Assembly: GCA_002011075.2 (NCBI GenBank)
Contig: MTMA02000006.1
Location: 831,261-855,260, forward strand
Reading direction: 5' to 3'
Length of the DNA: 24,000 nt
Source: Candidatus Scotarchaeum otlingeri
GTDB taxonomy: Archaea; Thermoproteota; Nitrososphaeria; Geothermarchaeales; JDFR-13
In this document: one piece after another, positions 1 through 8,235 of the stretch
Layout of the letters: every line of letters starts with the position of its first letter
How positions within the stretch are numbered: the first letter of the stretch is position 1
The notes under the pieces: model-generated
Told to the model about the DNA's origin: nothing
Databases searched by the model: none
The model's input: the letters and a program-made list of their open reading frames with translations, nothing else
Position numbers and translations under genes: made by a program

Positions 1-752
1 AGTTGATGTGGAAGGCTATGGAACTAGGTGCGGATGTTGTGGGGGGGATGCCCCATAGCGAATGGACAGATGATGATATGAAGAGGCATGTGGATATAAT
101 TTTTGAGATAGCCAAGGAATATGGTAAGCCCATCGATGCACATGTGGATGAAACAGACGACCCATATTCCAGGAGTATCGAATACTTCGCCTTGAAGACC
201 TTTAGAGAGGGACTATCTGGAAAAGTAACTGCAGACCATGTTTGTGCTTTGTCAGCCTACAATGATTATCATGCAGCCAAAGTTATAGATCTATTGAAGC
301 AAGCGAATGTAAATATAATTACTAATCCAGAGACGAATATCGTTATCGAGGGCCGGTTAGATACTTATCCCAAGAGAAGGGGTTTGACTAGGGTTAAAGA
401 ATTATGGAAAGCAGGGGTAAATGTGTCGTTTGGACAAGATTGTGTACAAGATGCTTTTTATCCCTATGGTAAAGCTGATAGATTACTTACAGCGTGGGCA
501 CTCGCATTAATGGTTCAAATGACGACACCAGAGGAAATAGAGGCTGTCATGAATATGGCGACGTACAATGCGGCAAAGATATTTGGAATAGAGAATAATT
601 ATGGTGTCGATGTTGGTAAAAATGCGGATCTGGTTATCATAGATACTGATAACGTATTAGATGCCATAAGACTACAGCCTGCAAGGCTATGGGTAATTAG
701 GAATGGAGATATCGTAGCCCAGTCAAAGTATACACATGATTTATACCTATAA
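1..752 (+). CDS. Amidohydrolase of the cytosine deaminase (CodA)/AtzC-like family, C-terminal ~250 aa; the 5' end lies upstream of the window
   Basis: The ORF is open to the window edge, so the leading M in the track is a truncation artefact. It is collinear with the C-terminal half of E. coli CodA as I recall it: IDAHVDETDDP vs CodA HCDEIDD; TADH vs TASH; RLDTYPKRRGLTRVKEL vs RFDTYPKRRGITRVKEM; FGQDCVQDAFYP vs FGHDDVFDPWYP. Confidence 0.85.
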   Translation, partial: LMWKAMELGADVVGGMPHSEWTDDDMKRHVDIIFEIAKEYGKPIDAHVDETDDPYSRSIEYFALKTFREGLSGKVTADHVCALSAYNDYHAAKVIDLLKQANVNIITNPETNIVIEGRLDTYPKRRGLTRVKELWKAGVNVSFGQDCVQDAFYPYGKADRLLTAWALALMVQMTTPEEIEAVMNMATYNAAKIFGIENNYGVDVGKNADLVIIDTDNVLDAIRLQPARLWVIRNGDIVAQSKYTHDLYL

Positions 753-777
753 AATTATTTATATCTGGGTCTAAGAA

Positions 778-2343
778 ATGGAGGTAAAGGTAAAGATACT
801 ATATAATGAGTTCCATGACTCGATCCTATTGATGAAAGTATCCGAAAAGATTAGGGATCTTGAAGGTATTATAGATGCTGCTGCATTAATGGCTACCGAG
901 GGAAACAAAGAGATACTTAAAAATATAGGGTTATATATAGATGAGATTGACAAGGCCGATGCAAGCGATTTAATAATAGTAGTTAAGGCTAAAGATGAAT
1001 TGTATGCAGATAAAGCCATTTCCGAAGCTATTTCATTATTATCAAAGGGGGCTGAATATCTTGAGGCCGAGGAGAGATATTATACTTTAGATGACGCCTT
1101 TCAAGCCTTGAGAAACGCTAACCTATGTTTTATAAGTATTCCCGGGGAATATGCCGCAATAGAGGCTGAAAAAGCATTGGAGCTAGGTCTACATGTCCAT
1201 ATATTCAGCAGTAATGTCCCTATCGAGGATGAAGTTAGGCTGAAGGATATTGGGAGAAGAAAGGGATTGTTGGTGATGGGCCCCGATGCCGGTACTTCCA
1301 TAATAGGAGGAGTAGGCCTTGGATTTGCAAATAAGATTAAAAGAGGAGATATAGGGATAGTTGCGGCGAGCGGTACAGGTTTACAGGAGGTGTCCTCGAT
1401 AATATCGCGGTATGGAGGTGGAATTAGTCAGGCAATCGGTGTAGGCTCAAGAGATCTTAGTGATGAGGTAGGTGGAATTACCACATTAATGGCCATAAAC
1501 TACTTTAAGGATGACCCGGAGACAAGAGTTATTCTTCTAGTCTCGAAGCCTCCATCACCTATAATAGCAAAGAAGATATTGGAAGAATTAGGAAATTGTG
1601 GTAAGAAAGTTGTAGTATACTTTATAGGATTACGAGAAAAACTTAATGCAAATGATAATATATTTTTTGCATCTACATTAGAAGATGCAGCCTTCAAAGC
1701 ATTATATCATTCAACCGGATTTCACTATTCAGAAGCTCCTTTTACCATAGATAAAGATGTATTACATAAATTGGTTGAGAAGGAAATTGACAGATTGGAT
1801 AAAGACCAGAGGTTCGTAAGAGGACTATTTACAGGTGGGACCTTTGCAACAGAGTCGCAATTGATTCTCGGCGATTTATTAAATGACGATATTTATAGCA
1901 ATACTCCTATCTATAAGTCCCGTTATATCCATGGTATGGAGAGTAAGGAGAACACTATTATAGATATGGGAGCTGAAGAATTCGTTGAAGGTAGACCCCA
2001 CCCCATGATAGATCCAAGATTACGGAATATGAGGATTATAAAAGAAATGTATGAAACAAACGTTGCTGTTATTCTCTTGGACATCGTCCTCGGATATGGA
2101 TCGCATAATGACCCCGCTGGAGAGGTCAGCAAGTCTGTAATTAAAGCTAGGCAAAATAGTGATAAGTATGTGTCAGTGGTATGTTCCGTTACTGGTACAT
2201 ATGAAGATATACAGAATTATAGGGAGCAGGTGGATAAATTGGAGTCAGCTGGAATAATAGTCATGCCTAGTAATGCACAAGCCACTCGTCTAGCAGCATT
2301 GATAGCTACAAGATGGGATGCATCAAAGTTTCTATGGAGGTGA
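778..2343 (+). CDS. fdrA: FdrA-family protein (succinyl-CoA-synthetase-alpha-like CoA-binding/ligase fold; E. coli FdrA/AllF homologue), lacking the extreme C-terminal tail
   Basis: 521-aa ORF. GLLVMGPDAGTS, IGIVAASGTGLQEV, AIGVGSRDLSDEVGGI, LVSKPP and EGRPHPMIDPRLRN line up with E. coli FdrA segments I recall (GLLVMGPDCGTS, IGVIGASGTGIQEL, GRPHPMIDPTLRN). It is syntenic with ylbE and ylbF homologues. Confidence 0.85.
   Translation: MEVKVKILYNEFHDSILLMKVSEKIRDLEGIIDAAALMATEGNKEILKNIGLYIDEIDKADASDLIIVVKAKDELYADKAISEAISLLSKGAEYLEAEERYYTLDDAFQALRNANLCFISIPGEYAAIEAEKALELGLHVHIFSSNVPIEDEVRLKDIGRRKGLLVMGPDAGTSIIGGVGLGFANKIKRGDIGIVAASGTGLQEVSSIISRYGGGISQAIGVGSRDLSDEVGGITTLMAINYFKDDPETRVILLVSKPPSPIIAKKILEELGNCGKKVVVYFIGLREKLNANDNIFFASTLEDAAFKALYHSTGFHYSEAPFTIDKDVLHKLVEKEIDRLDKDQRFVRGLFTGGTFATESQLILGDLLNDDIYSNTPIYKSRYIHGMESKENTIIDMGAEEFVEGRPHPMIDPRLRNMRIIKEMYETNVAVILLDIVLGYGSHNDPAGEVSKSVIKARQNSDKYVSVVCSVTGTYEDIQNYREQVDKLESAGIIVMPSNAQATRLAALIATRWDASKFLWR
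2336..2343 (+). promoter_or_regulatory. Shine-Dalgarno-like GGAGGTGA overlapping the fdrA stop codon, 4 nt upstream of ATG 2348
   Basis: Read directly: ..tatGGAGGTGAatatATGaag. TGA 2341-2343 is the fdrA stop. Confidence 0.45.
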
Positions 2344-2347
2344 ATAT

Positions 2348-2530
2348 ATGAAGCGGAATAAGATGTTTAAAAAACCTATAATCATTTCGGTGGGAGCCTC
2401 ATATTTCTATCAAGCTCTACGTTTACAGACCGATATGGTAGTTCATGTTGAGTGGCGTCCACCCGCTGGTGGAGATAGGGAGGTTATTGATATCTTAAGA
2501 AAACTTAAGGAAAAATTGAATAAAAAATAA
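2348..2530 (+). CDS. Small protein (60 aa) equivalent to the detached C-terminal tail of FdrA
   Basis: KPIIISVGASYFYQALRLQTDMVVHVEWRPPAGGDREVIDILRKLKEKL resembles the last ~45 aa of E. coli FdrA as I recall them (..INIGLRSFALELQ....VVHYQWSPVAGGNKKLARLLERLQ). ATG 2348 is preceded by GGAGGTGA (2336-2343). It lies in the +1 frame relative to fdrA. The track start at 2318 is less likely because it has no SD. Confidence 0.5.
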   Translation: MKRNKMFKKPIIISVGASYFYQALRLQTDMVVHVEWRPPAGGDREVIDILRKLKEKLNKK

Positions 2531-2593
2531 AGATAATATATTTCCAAAAGTTAATAGTCGATACAGAATAATGAATATATTTGGTGTATAAAG

Positions 2594-3358
2594 ATGATAA
2601 AGTTTAAGATTATAGATCTCACCCAACCATTCAGCGTATTAACCCCTCCATGGCCTACATATACAGCGCCAAAAGTTCGCTACATAAAACGATTGGCTGA
2701 ACATAGGGTAAATGGGATTGAACTGACAACATCAATGCATGTAGGAACACATCTAGACGGCGAATTACATTTTGTAAGTAGTGGACGGGATATAGCTAGC
2801 ATACCCTTGGAACGGCTATTCGGCGAAGGCGTTATAGTTGATATAAGCGATCAAGTCGACGATTACGATATTTATTATCCCGAGCATATTACATCGAAAG
2901 TAACTGTCAAAAAACATGATATACTAATCATACATACTGGATATCATAGGTACGCATGGTATCAAGAAAAAGCAGATGAAGAAAGATACTTCTTAAAACA
3001 TCCTGGACCCTCACTAGAATTTGCAAAATGGGTCAAGGATATGCAGATTAAATGGATAGGGGTGGACTGTGGATCAGCCGATCACCCGATGAATACAGTA
3101 TTAAGGAGACTAAGGCCGGATATAGCGAGAGAGGCGGAGGAGAAACTCGGAAAACCACTGGATGAATTATTCCCCCCTGAACACTACCAGTTAATGCATA
3201 ACTTCCTATTTCCAGATGGAATAATCCACGCGGAGAATCTGGGAGGCGATATTGAAGAGGTACTTAATAAAAGGGCGTTGATAGGTTGTTTCCCATTTAA
3301 ATTCGTAGGCGGAGAATCGGCTCTATGCAGAATAGTAGCATTTATTCCCGAAGAGTGA
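2594..3358 (+). CDS. Cyclase-family metal-dependent hydrolase (kynurenine formamidase / isatin hydrolase-like, PF04199-type)
   Basis: 254-aa ORF. The HxGTHxDxxxH motif is present as MHVGTHLDGELHF. Downstream are WIGVDCGSADHP and GIIHAENLGG, typical of the family. GGTGT lies 6-11 nt upstream of the ATG. Confidence 0.8.
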   Translation: MIKFKIIDLTQPFSVLTPPWPTYTAPKVRYIKRLAEHRVNGIELTTSMHVGTHLDGELHFVSSGRDIASIPLERLFGEGVIVDISDQVDDYDIYYPEHITSKVTVKKHDILIIHTGYHRYAWYQEKADEERYFLKHPGPSLEFAKWVKDMQIKWIGVDCGSADHPMNTVLRRLRPDIAREAEEKLGKPLDELFPPEHYQLMHNFLFPDGIIHAENLGGDIEEVLNKRALIGCFPFKFVGGESALCRIVAFIPEE

Positions 3359-3364
3359 GCGGCT

Positions 3365-4615
3365 GTGTCAACTATCGATGTCGAGGGTGCTAATCAGGAA
3401 GCATTCGGGAGGATAATAAATGGTGAACCATGGGTAATAGATATAGACATTGCTCGTAGAGTCATACCGGGATTAAAGAATAAGATGCTACTTCATGCAG
3501 GCCCTCCCATACAATGGAATAGGATGGCTGGACCAATGAAAGGGGCAGCGATAGGCGCACTGATTTTCGAGGGATGGGCTGATGATGAGGCGGATGCATT
3601 AAAACTTCTTGAGGAAGGTGAAATTGATTTCTCACCCAATCATGATCATGACGCTGTGGGACCGATGGCAGGCATTACAGCACCATCGATGCCTGTTTTC
3701 ATAATCGAAAATCAGAGGTATGGTAATAGGACTTTCTGTACACTAAATGAAGGACTGGGAAAAGTTCTACGTTATGGAGCATATTCCAATGAAGTAATAG
3801 ATCGTCTCAACTGGATGAAGCAAGTTCTAGCGCCAGCATTGAAGGAGGCTATTAAATTGTCGGGTGGTATAAATCTTAAGGAGATAATTTCTAGGGCGCT
3901 TCACATGGGTGACGAATGTCATAACCGAAATTTCGCAGGGACAAGCCTATTCCTTAATGAGATTACACCATATCTTCTTGATCTAGATCTTTCCAGTAAA
4001 GAATTATCATCTATAATAAATTTCATAAAAAATAATGGACATTTCTTTCTAAATCTATCGATGCCAGCGATTAAATCAATGTTAGACCCTGCTCATAACA
4101 TTAAGAATTCAACTATAGTAACGGTAATGTCACGAAACGGCGTTGATTTCGGAATTAGAGTCTCTGGATTAGGGGATGAATGGTTTACCGATGCCGCTCC
4201 TATACCTAAAGGCCTATATTTCCCGGGATATAGCGAAGCAGATGCTAATCCAGATATCGGTGATAGCTCTATAACAGAGACAGGTGGCATAGGGGGATTT
4301 GCAATGGCGTCCGCCCCAGCTATAGTCCAATTTGTAGGTGGTACAGCTCAAGATGCAGTGAACTATACTAAGGAGATGTACAATATAACATGGGGAAAGC
4401 ATAAAGCATTTACAATACCATACCTAAATTTCGTGGGTACTCCAACGGGAATAGATATAATTAAGGTCGTTGAAACTGGAATAACTCCCGTTATAAACAC
4501 AGGAATAGCTCATAAGGAACCGGGCGTAGGTCAAGTGGGTGCAGGCATATTAAGAGCCCCGATATCAGTATTCAACAAAGCTCTAAGAAGGTTTGCCGAG
4601 AAGATAGGGATCTGA
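3365..4615 (+). CDS. ylbE: DUF1116 protein, YlbE/AllG homologue
   Basis: 416-aa ORF with a GTG start 6 nt after the previous stop. There are long collinear matches to E. coli YlbE as recalled: LLHAGPPIQW..MAGPMKGA, FEGWA, AVGPMAGIT, GNRTFCTLNEGLGKVLRYGAY, FGIRVSGLGDEWFT, ANPDIGDSSITETGGIGG and VVETGITPVINTGIAHKEPGVGQVGAG. Confidence 0.88.
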   Translation: MSTIDVEGANQEAFGRIINGEPWVIDIDIARRVIPGLKNKMLLHAGPPIQWNRMAGPMKGAAIGALIFEGWADDEADALKLLEEGEIDFSPNHDHDAVGPMAGITAPSMPVFIIENQRYGNRTFCTLNEGLGKVLRYGAYSNEVIDRLNWMKQVLAPALKEAIKLSGGINLKEIISRALHMGDECHNRNFAGTSLFLNEITPYLLDLDLSSKELSSIINFIKNNGHFFLNLSMPAIKSMLDPAHNIKNSTIVTVMSRNGVDFGIRVSGLGDEWFTDAAPIPKGLYFPGYSEADANPDIGDSSITETGGIGGFAMASAPAIVQFVGGTAQDAVNYTKEMYNITWGKHKAFTIPYLNFVGTPTGIDIIKVVETGITPVINTGIAHKEPGVGQVGAGILRAPISVFNKALRRFAEKIGI

Positions 4616-4634
4616 AATAGCCATTATACTAATC

Positions 4635-5453
4635 TCATATATTTACCTCAGTTGCTACATATATGCCTAAAACCAGATGCTCTCCGCTGCCTGACCCTCT
4701 ATTCAGAATATTCGTTAAATCAATAATTGATTCAGACCTATTGTCTATTAGATTATTGTATAGGCGCTCAAAATCTTCATCCACATGTCCATTTACAGCT
4801 TCCCACAGCATCCACCGGCTAATCATATCCAATCTATCAGATAACGTGTTATATGTAGCCACTGCATATGAAGCTATCTCATCATATAGACCGGATTTTT
4901 TATATAGCCAGTTCAAGAGTGAGAAATACCCAGATATAATATCGATGGCATAAGGTGTTGATCCTAAGCCCCATGTAGCCAAGCTAGGATTTATATCTTC
5001 CATTCTTATTAATCTATCAATCAGTATGCCATATTTATCTCTTATCTCTCTATTTATCGCCATCGTCCCATCAAAATTATGATAAGGAATTCTATGTCTG
5101 TAGAACATTATTAGTGTCCTTATTCTTCTCTTTAGTGCGCTGACATCTTCCTTTTTTGGATATCGGAGATGTGGTCTCCACACTATGTTAGGCAAATATA
5201 TTACGTAGTTATCTAATGTTATTGAATTATCCTCCAGCTCTAATCTTTCTATAGAGCTAAACTCAATGGGATAATCAAGGTTTATAATTCTAATTCCCCT
5301 AGGTCTCATGGATGATAAGATGGTGAATAGAAAGTCCCCGCTATACAGATGGATTGAATGCTTAGTAGAGCCATATATGCTTATCTCATCGAGTCTCTTA
5401 ATATTACTATATAATAAATACCCTATTGACCTTGCACTTAATTCTATACTCAT
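4635..5453 (-). CDS. Probable DUF2877 protein (YlbF/AllH-like)
   Basis: 272 aa, against 271 aa for E. coli YlbF. GLGSTPYAIDIISG resembles the YlbF GLTPSHDDTLSG motif. RGSGSGEHLVLG resembles LGHTSGADTLLG. The N-terminal pattern STKHSIHLYSGDFLFTIL resembles RRAINLMTESGELLTL. Synteny with fdrA and ylbE supports the call. The motif recall is approximate. Confidence 0.6.
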   Translation of the reverse strand: MSIELSARSIGYLLYSNIKRLDEISIYGSTKHSIHLYSGDFLFTILSSMRPRGIRIINLDYPIEFSSIERLELEDNSITLDNYVIYLPNIVWRPHLRYPKKEDVSALKRRIRTLIMFYRHRIPYHNFDGTMAINREIRDKYGILIDRLIRMEDINPSLATWGLGSTPYAIDIISGYFSLLNWLYKKSGLYDEIASYAVATYNTLSDRLDMISRWMLWEAVNGHVDEDFERLYNNLIDNRSESIIDLTNILNRGSGSGEHLVLGIYVATEVNI

Positions 5454-5480
5454 AGCTTCAACAAATTATATTCCTTAAGG

Positions 5481-5489
5481 ATTTATATA
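5481..5489 (-). promoter_or_regulatory. Candidate TATA box (TATATAAAT on the minus strand) for the DUF2877-like gene
   Basis: It lies at -36 to -28 relative to ATG 5453 on the minus strand. This spacing fits a short-leader or leaderless archaeal transcript. Confidence 0.35.
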
Positions 5490-5507
5490 CTCAATTTATC
5501 GGGGCTA

Positions 5508-5525
5508 TTGTAATATTTGTAATAT
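5508..5525. repeat. Perfect tandem direct repeat TTGTAATAT x2 in the divergent intergenic region
   Basis: Read directly: 5508-5516 and 5517-5525 are identical 9-mers. They sit between the divergent DUF2877-like gene and pgk. Function is unknown. Confidence 0.5.
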
Positions 5526-5573
5526 ATAAGAATAATAAATTATTTAGCTTCATATAATTATGATGATTGGGCC

Positions 5574-6803
5574 ATGATAGACTATTATACGATAACTAAA
5601 CCTTATTGGCTGATAAATCCAGCCAGTCAGGTTAAGGGACCTTCATTGTTGAGGGTCGACATAAATGTTCCCGTAATTAATGGAAGAATAGTGGAAGATA
5701 ACCTAAGGCTAAAGGTATACAGTGAAATAATATCATTATTAGCCGAGCATTCTGGTGTGGTAGTTGTTTCTCACCAAGGAAGAAAGGGTACAGAGTCATT
5801 TATATCACTTAGGCAACATTGGATCGTGCTAAGAAAGGCTTTACCTTCAGATATAGATATAGACTTCGTTCCTTACCATGAATTATTTTCCAGAGATACG
5901 AGGGAGAGGATAAGAAATCTAGGGTCGAGAGAAGTCCTATTGATAGATAATATTAGAATGATGAGAGAAGAAAAAAACTTTAATGCTACTGATTCTCAGT
6001 TCATAAGGTTCTTTAGGGGGATAATCGGAACATGCATAAATGACGCGATGCCTGTATGGCACAGAGCCCATACTAGTGTAATGGCCCTTCCATATATAGC
6101 ACCTACATTGATAGGCATGCGAGCCATATTCGAATTAAAAACGTTAAGAGAAGCTCTGGAGAGTAAGAAGAGTGAAGCTGGCATTGTTATGGGAGGAGCG
6201 AAGCTAGCAAAAACAAACTACTTAGTCAAGATACTTGAAAAGATGGATGGGTTTACAGGTGGTTTACCAGGGCAGCTTATAGCTAGACTTAAGGGTTATG
6301 ACCTCGGCGAAAAAAATAATCGTTTTATTGAGAATAGATTCTCTCCAGACATGATAGATGCAGCCAGAGTATTAATAAAAAAGTTCAATATTCATCATCC
6401 CATGGATTTTATAGTCAGAGAAAACGATGAAAATAGAGAGGTTAAACTCGAGGATCTAAAAGGGACTAAAGGCTATATAATGGATGTAGGCCCTGAGACG
6501 GTAGAGAAATATGCAGAGGCTTTACAAACCAAATCTACAAGAATAAGAGCAGGACCATTAGGCGTATATGAAAAAGGATATACTAATGGTATTGAACTTA
6601 CAAAGAGGATAATTGGTGTGGGCCTTATATTCCTCGGCGGTGACACGGCTGAAGAGGTTGTCATGTATGGATTGGATAAGGCTATATATAGCTCAGGTGG
6701 TTTAATCTGTCTAAGTGGAGGAGCTTTCCTACATGGATTGGCGGGTAAGAGGTATCCATCAATAGATATATTAATAGAGAAGGAAATGTCTAAGAATTAT
6801 TAA
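5574..6803 (+). CDS. pgk: Phosphoglycerate kinase (archaeal type)
   Basis: 409 aa. Motifs present: LLRVDINVPV (R-x-D-x-N-x-P), SHQGRKG (H-x-G-R-P), LLIDNIRM (E-N-x-R-F), WHRAHTS (AHRAHAS), MGGAKLAKT (GGAKVxDK), AGPLGVYE (GPxGxFE), LGGDTA (GGGDT) and LSGGAFLHGLAGKRYP (STGGGAxLExLxGKxLP). Confidence 0.72.
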   Translation: MIDYYTITKPYWLINPASQVKGPSLLRVDINVPVINGRIVEDNLRLKVYSEIISLLAEHSGVVVVSHQGRKGTESFISLRQHWIVLRKALPSDIDIDFVPYHELFSRDTRERIRNLGSREVLLIDNIRMMREEKNFNATDSQFIRFFRGIIGTCINDAMPVWHRAHTSVMALPYIAPTLIGMRAIFELKTLREALESKKSEAGIVMGGAKLAKTNYLVKILEKMDGFTGGLPGQLIARLKGYDLGEKNNRFIENRFSPDMIDAARVLIKKFNIHHPMDFIVRENDENREVKLEDLKGTKGYIMDVGPETVEKYAEALQTKSTRIRAGPLGVYEKGYTNGIELTKRIIGVGLIFLGGDTAEEVVMYGLDKAIYSSGGLICLSGGAFLHGLAGKRYPSIDILIEKEMSKNY

Positions 6804-6825
6804 CTGCTTGATGGTGGTATCGTAG

Positions 6826-8232
6826 GTGAATAAAGAATATAATGTTATCATTGTAGGAGGGGGAACAGCTGGGGCTAGCCTCGGCTTATTACTCGCCAAA
6901 TCTGGTGTGGAGGTAGCTGTATTAGACCGTAAGCCTAGAGATAGGATAGGCGATAAAGTCTGTGGAGATGCGATCGCGGAACACCATTTTGAAGCTACCG
7001 GCCTGCCTAAACCTCCAAAGCAAGCTATTGTATATTACGTCAAAGGCATTAGGGTCTTCCCAATCGACATAGACTATAAGGTGACTATAAGAAGCAGATA
7101 CGGTGGATATGTCGTTGACAGATTAGGATTTGGCCAATTCCTTATCAATGAGGCTGAAAGGAACGGAGCCCATGTTATTCCAAATACACGGGTGACGGAT
7201 CTTATAGTAAAGAATGGGTATGCAGTAGGCGTTAAAACTATCGATCACGTTAGGAATAGAGAAATCAATTATTATGGTAGAGTAATCGTTGACGCATCTG
7301 GATATCAAAGTATTCTTGTTAAGAAAGTACCCGAGGAATGGGGATGGGAAAAAGAGATAGACATAAGAGATAAAATCGCGGCTTATCGGGAAATAACTAG
7401 GCTAGGCGCGGAATTTCCTGATAAAGGATACATATGGATACATTTCATCGATAAATATGCGCCGGGAGGATATGTCTGGATATTCCCCCATTCCCACGAT
7501 AATCTATATGCGAATGTCGGTAATGGAATTCAAGCAGGTATGAATTACCCGAAGCCCCAAATACTAATAGAACAATATAAAAAGGAATATTCTAAGCTTC
7601 GTTATCTATTTAATGATTCAGAGGTATTGGTAAAAGGGCAGTGGCCAATACCTAATAGACGCCCCCGCGGTAAATTGGCTGGCAATGGTTTTATAGCGAT
7701 AGGTGACGCTGCTATTCAGATTGATCCCGCCACAGCCGAAGGTATAGGATATGGAATGTATGGTGCCTACATAGCTTCAAATGTAATTATAGATGCACTT
7801 GAAGATAGGGATGTAAGCCTCAGTTCTCTATGGCGATATAGCCATGGATACATGACTTCAAAATACGGTGTCAACCAAGCTAGGTTCGATGTTTTCAGAT
7901 ATCTACTCCAGGCGTTCGGTGATGATGCCAGATTATTCGCTATTAAACATAAGATACTTAGAGAAGAAGAACTTAGTGCCGCACGGGATTCAGATATAGA
8001 AATAGCTTTCTTTTCTAAGATCGCGAGATTTATGAAAGGCTTGATATATGGGCATCTAAATGTTCTTAAGGTACTAAATTATGTATTTAGAATGATGAAT
8101 CAAGTTAAAGAGCATTACCTATCCTATCCATTAAACCCAGATAACTATGAAATATGGAAGAAGAAAGAGGTTATGCTTTTCGACGAGATAAAAAAGACCC
8201 TTCCTCCCTATATACCCGAAATCTATAGATAA
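6826..8232 (+). CDS. Geranylgeranyl reductase family FAD-dependent oxidoreductase (digeranylgeranylglycerophospholipid reductase-like)
   Basis: GTG start, with an upstream ATG at 6811 that runs into a stop. The Rossmann FAD motif is VIIVGGGTAGAS...LDRK. Also present are GDKVCGDAI, the GGR-type YxWxFP motif as GGYVWIFPHS...VGNG, and AIGDAAIQIDPATAEGIGYGM. Confidence 0.8.
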   Translation: MNKEYNVIIVGGGTAGASLGLLLAKSGVEVAVLDRKPRDRIGDKVCGDAIAEHHFEATGLPKPPKQAIVYYVKGIRVFPIDIDYKVTIRSRYGGYVVDRLGFGQFLINEAERNGAHVIPNTRVTDLIVKNGYAVGVKTIDHVRNREINYYGRVIVDASGYQSILVKKVPEEWGWEKEIDIRDKIAAYREITRLGAEFPDKGYIWIHFIDKYAPGGYVWIFPHSHDNLYANVGNGIQAGMNYPKPQILIEQYKKEYSKLRYLFNDSEVLVKGQWPIPNRRPRGKLAGNGFIAIGDAAIQIDPATAEGIGYGMYGAYIASNVIIDALEDRDVSLSSLWRYSHGYMTSKYGVNQARFDVFRYLLQAFGDDARLFAIKHKILREEELSAARDSDIEIAFFSKIARFMKGLIYGHLNVLKVLNYVFRMMNQVKEHYLSYPLNPDNYEIWKKKEVMLFDEIKKTLPPYIPEIYR

Positions 8233-8235
8233 TCC

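Noticed and set aside
2318-2347. Programmed +1 frameshift joining fdrA to the downstream tail ORF, given the prfB-like arrangement of an SD-like GGAGG just before a TGA stop
   Set aside because: The codon before the stop (AGG) cannot re-pair in the +1 frame, and no slippery sequence is evident. An SD plus ATG 2348 explains independent initiation. I cannot exclude a sequencing frameshift, which is noted in the findings.
5560-5613. Possible C/D-box sRNA (ATGATGA at 5560-5566 and CTGA at 5610-5613, ~50 nt apart)
   Set aside because: No acceptable D' (CUGA) or C' (UGAUGA) boxes at the expected spacing, and no terminal stem. The element overlaps the pgk start codon and coding sequence, so it is most likely a coincidence.
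5574-6803. PGK-like gene next to the fdrA cluster acting as a surrogate carbamate/acyl-phosphate kinase, since E. coli has a carbamate kinase after ylbF
   Set aside because: Every canonical PGK substrate and nucleotide motif is intact. It has its own divergent promoter. No other pgk is visible to argue for paralogy. A housekeeping PGK is the parsimonious call.
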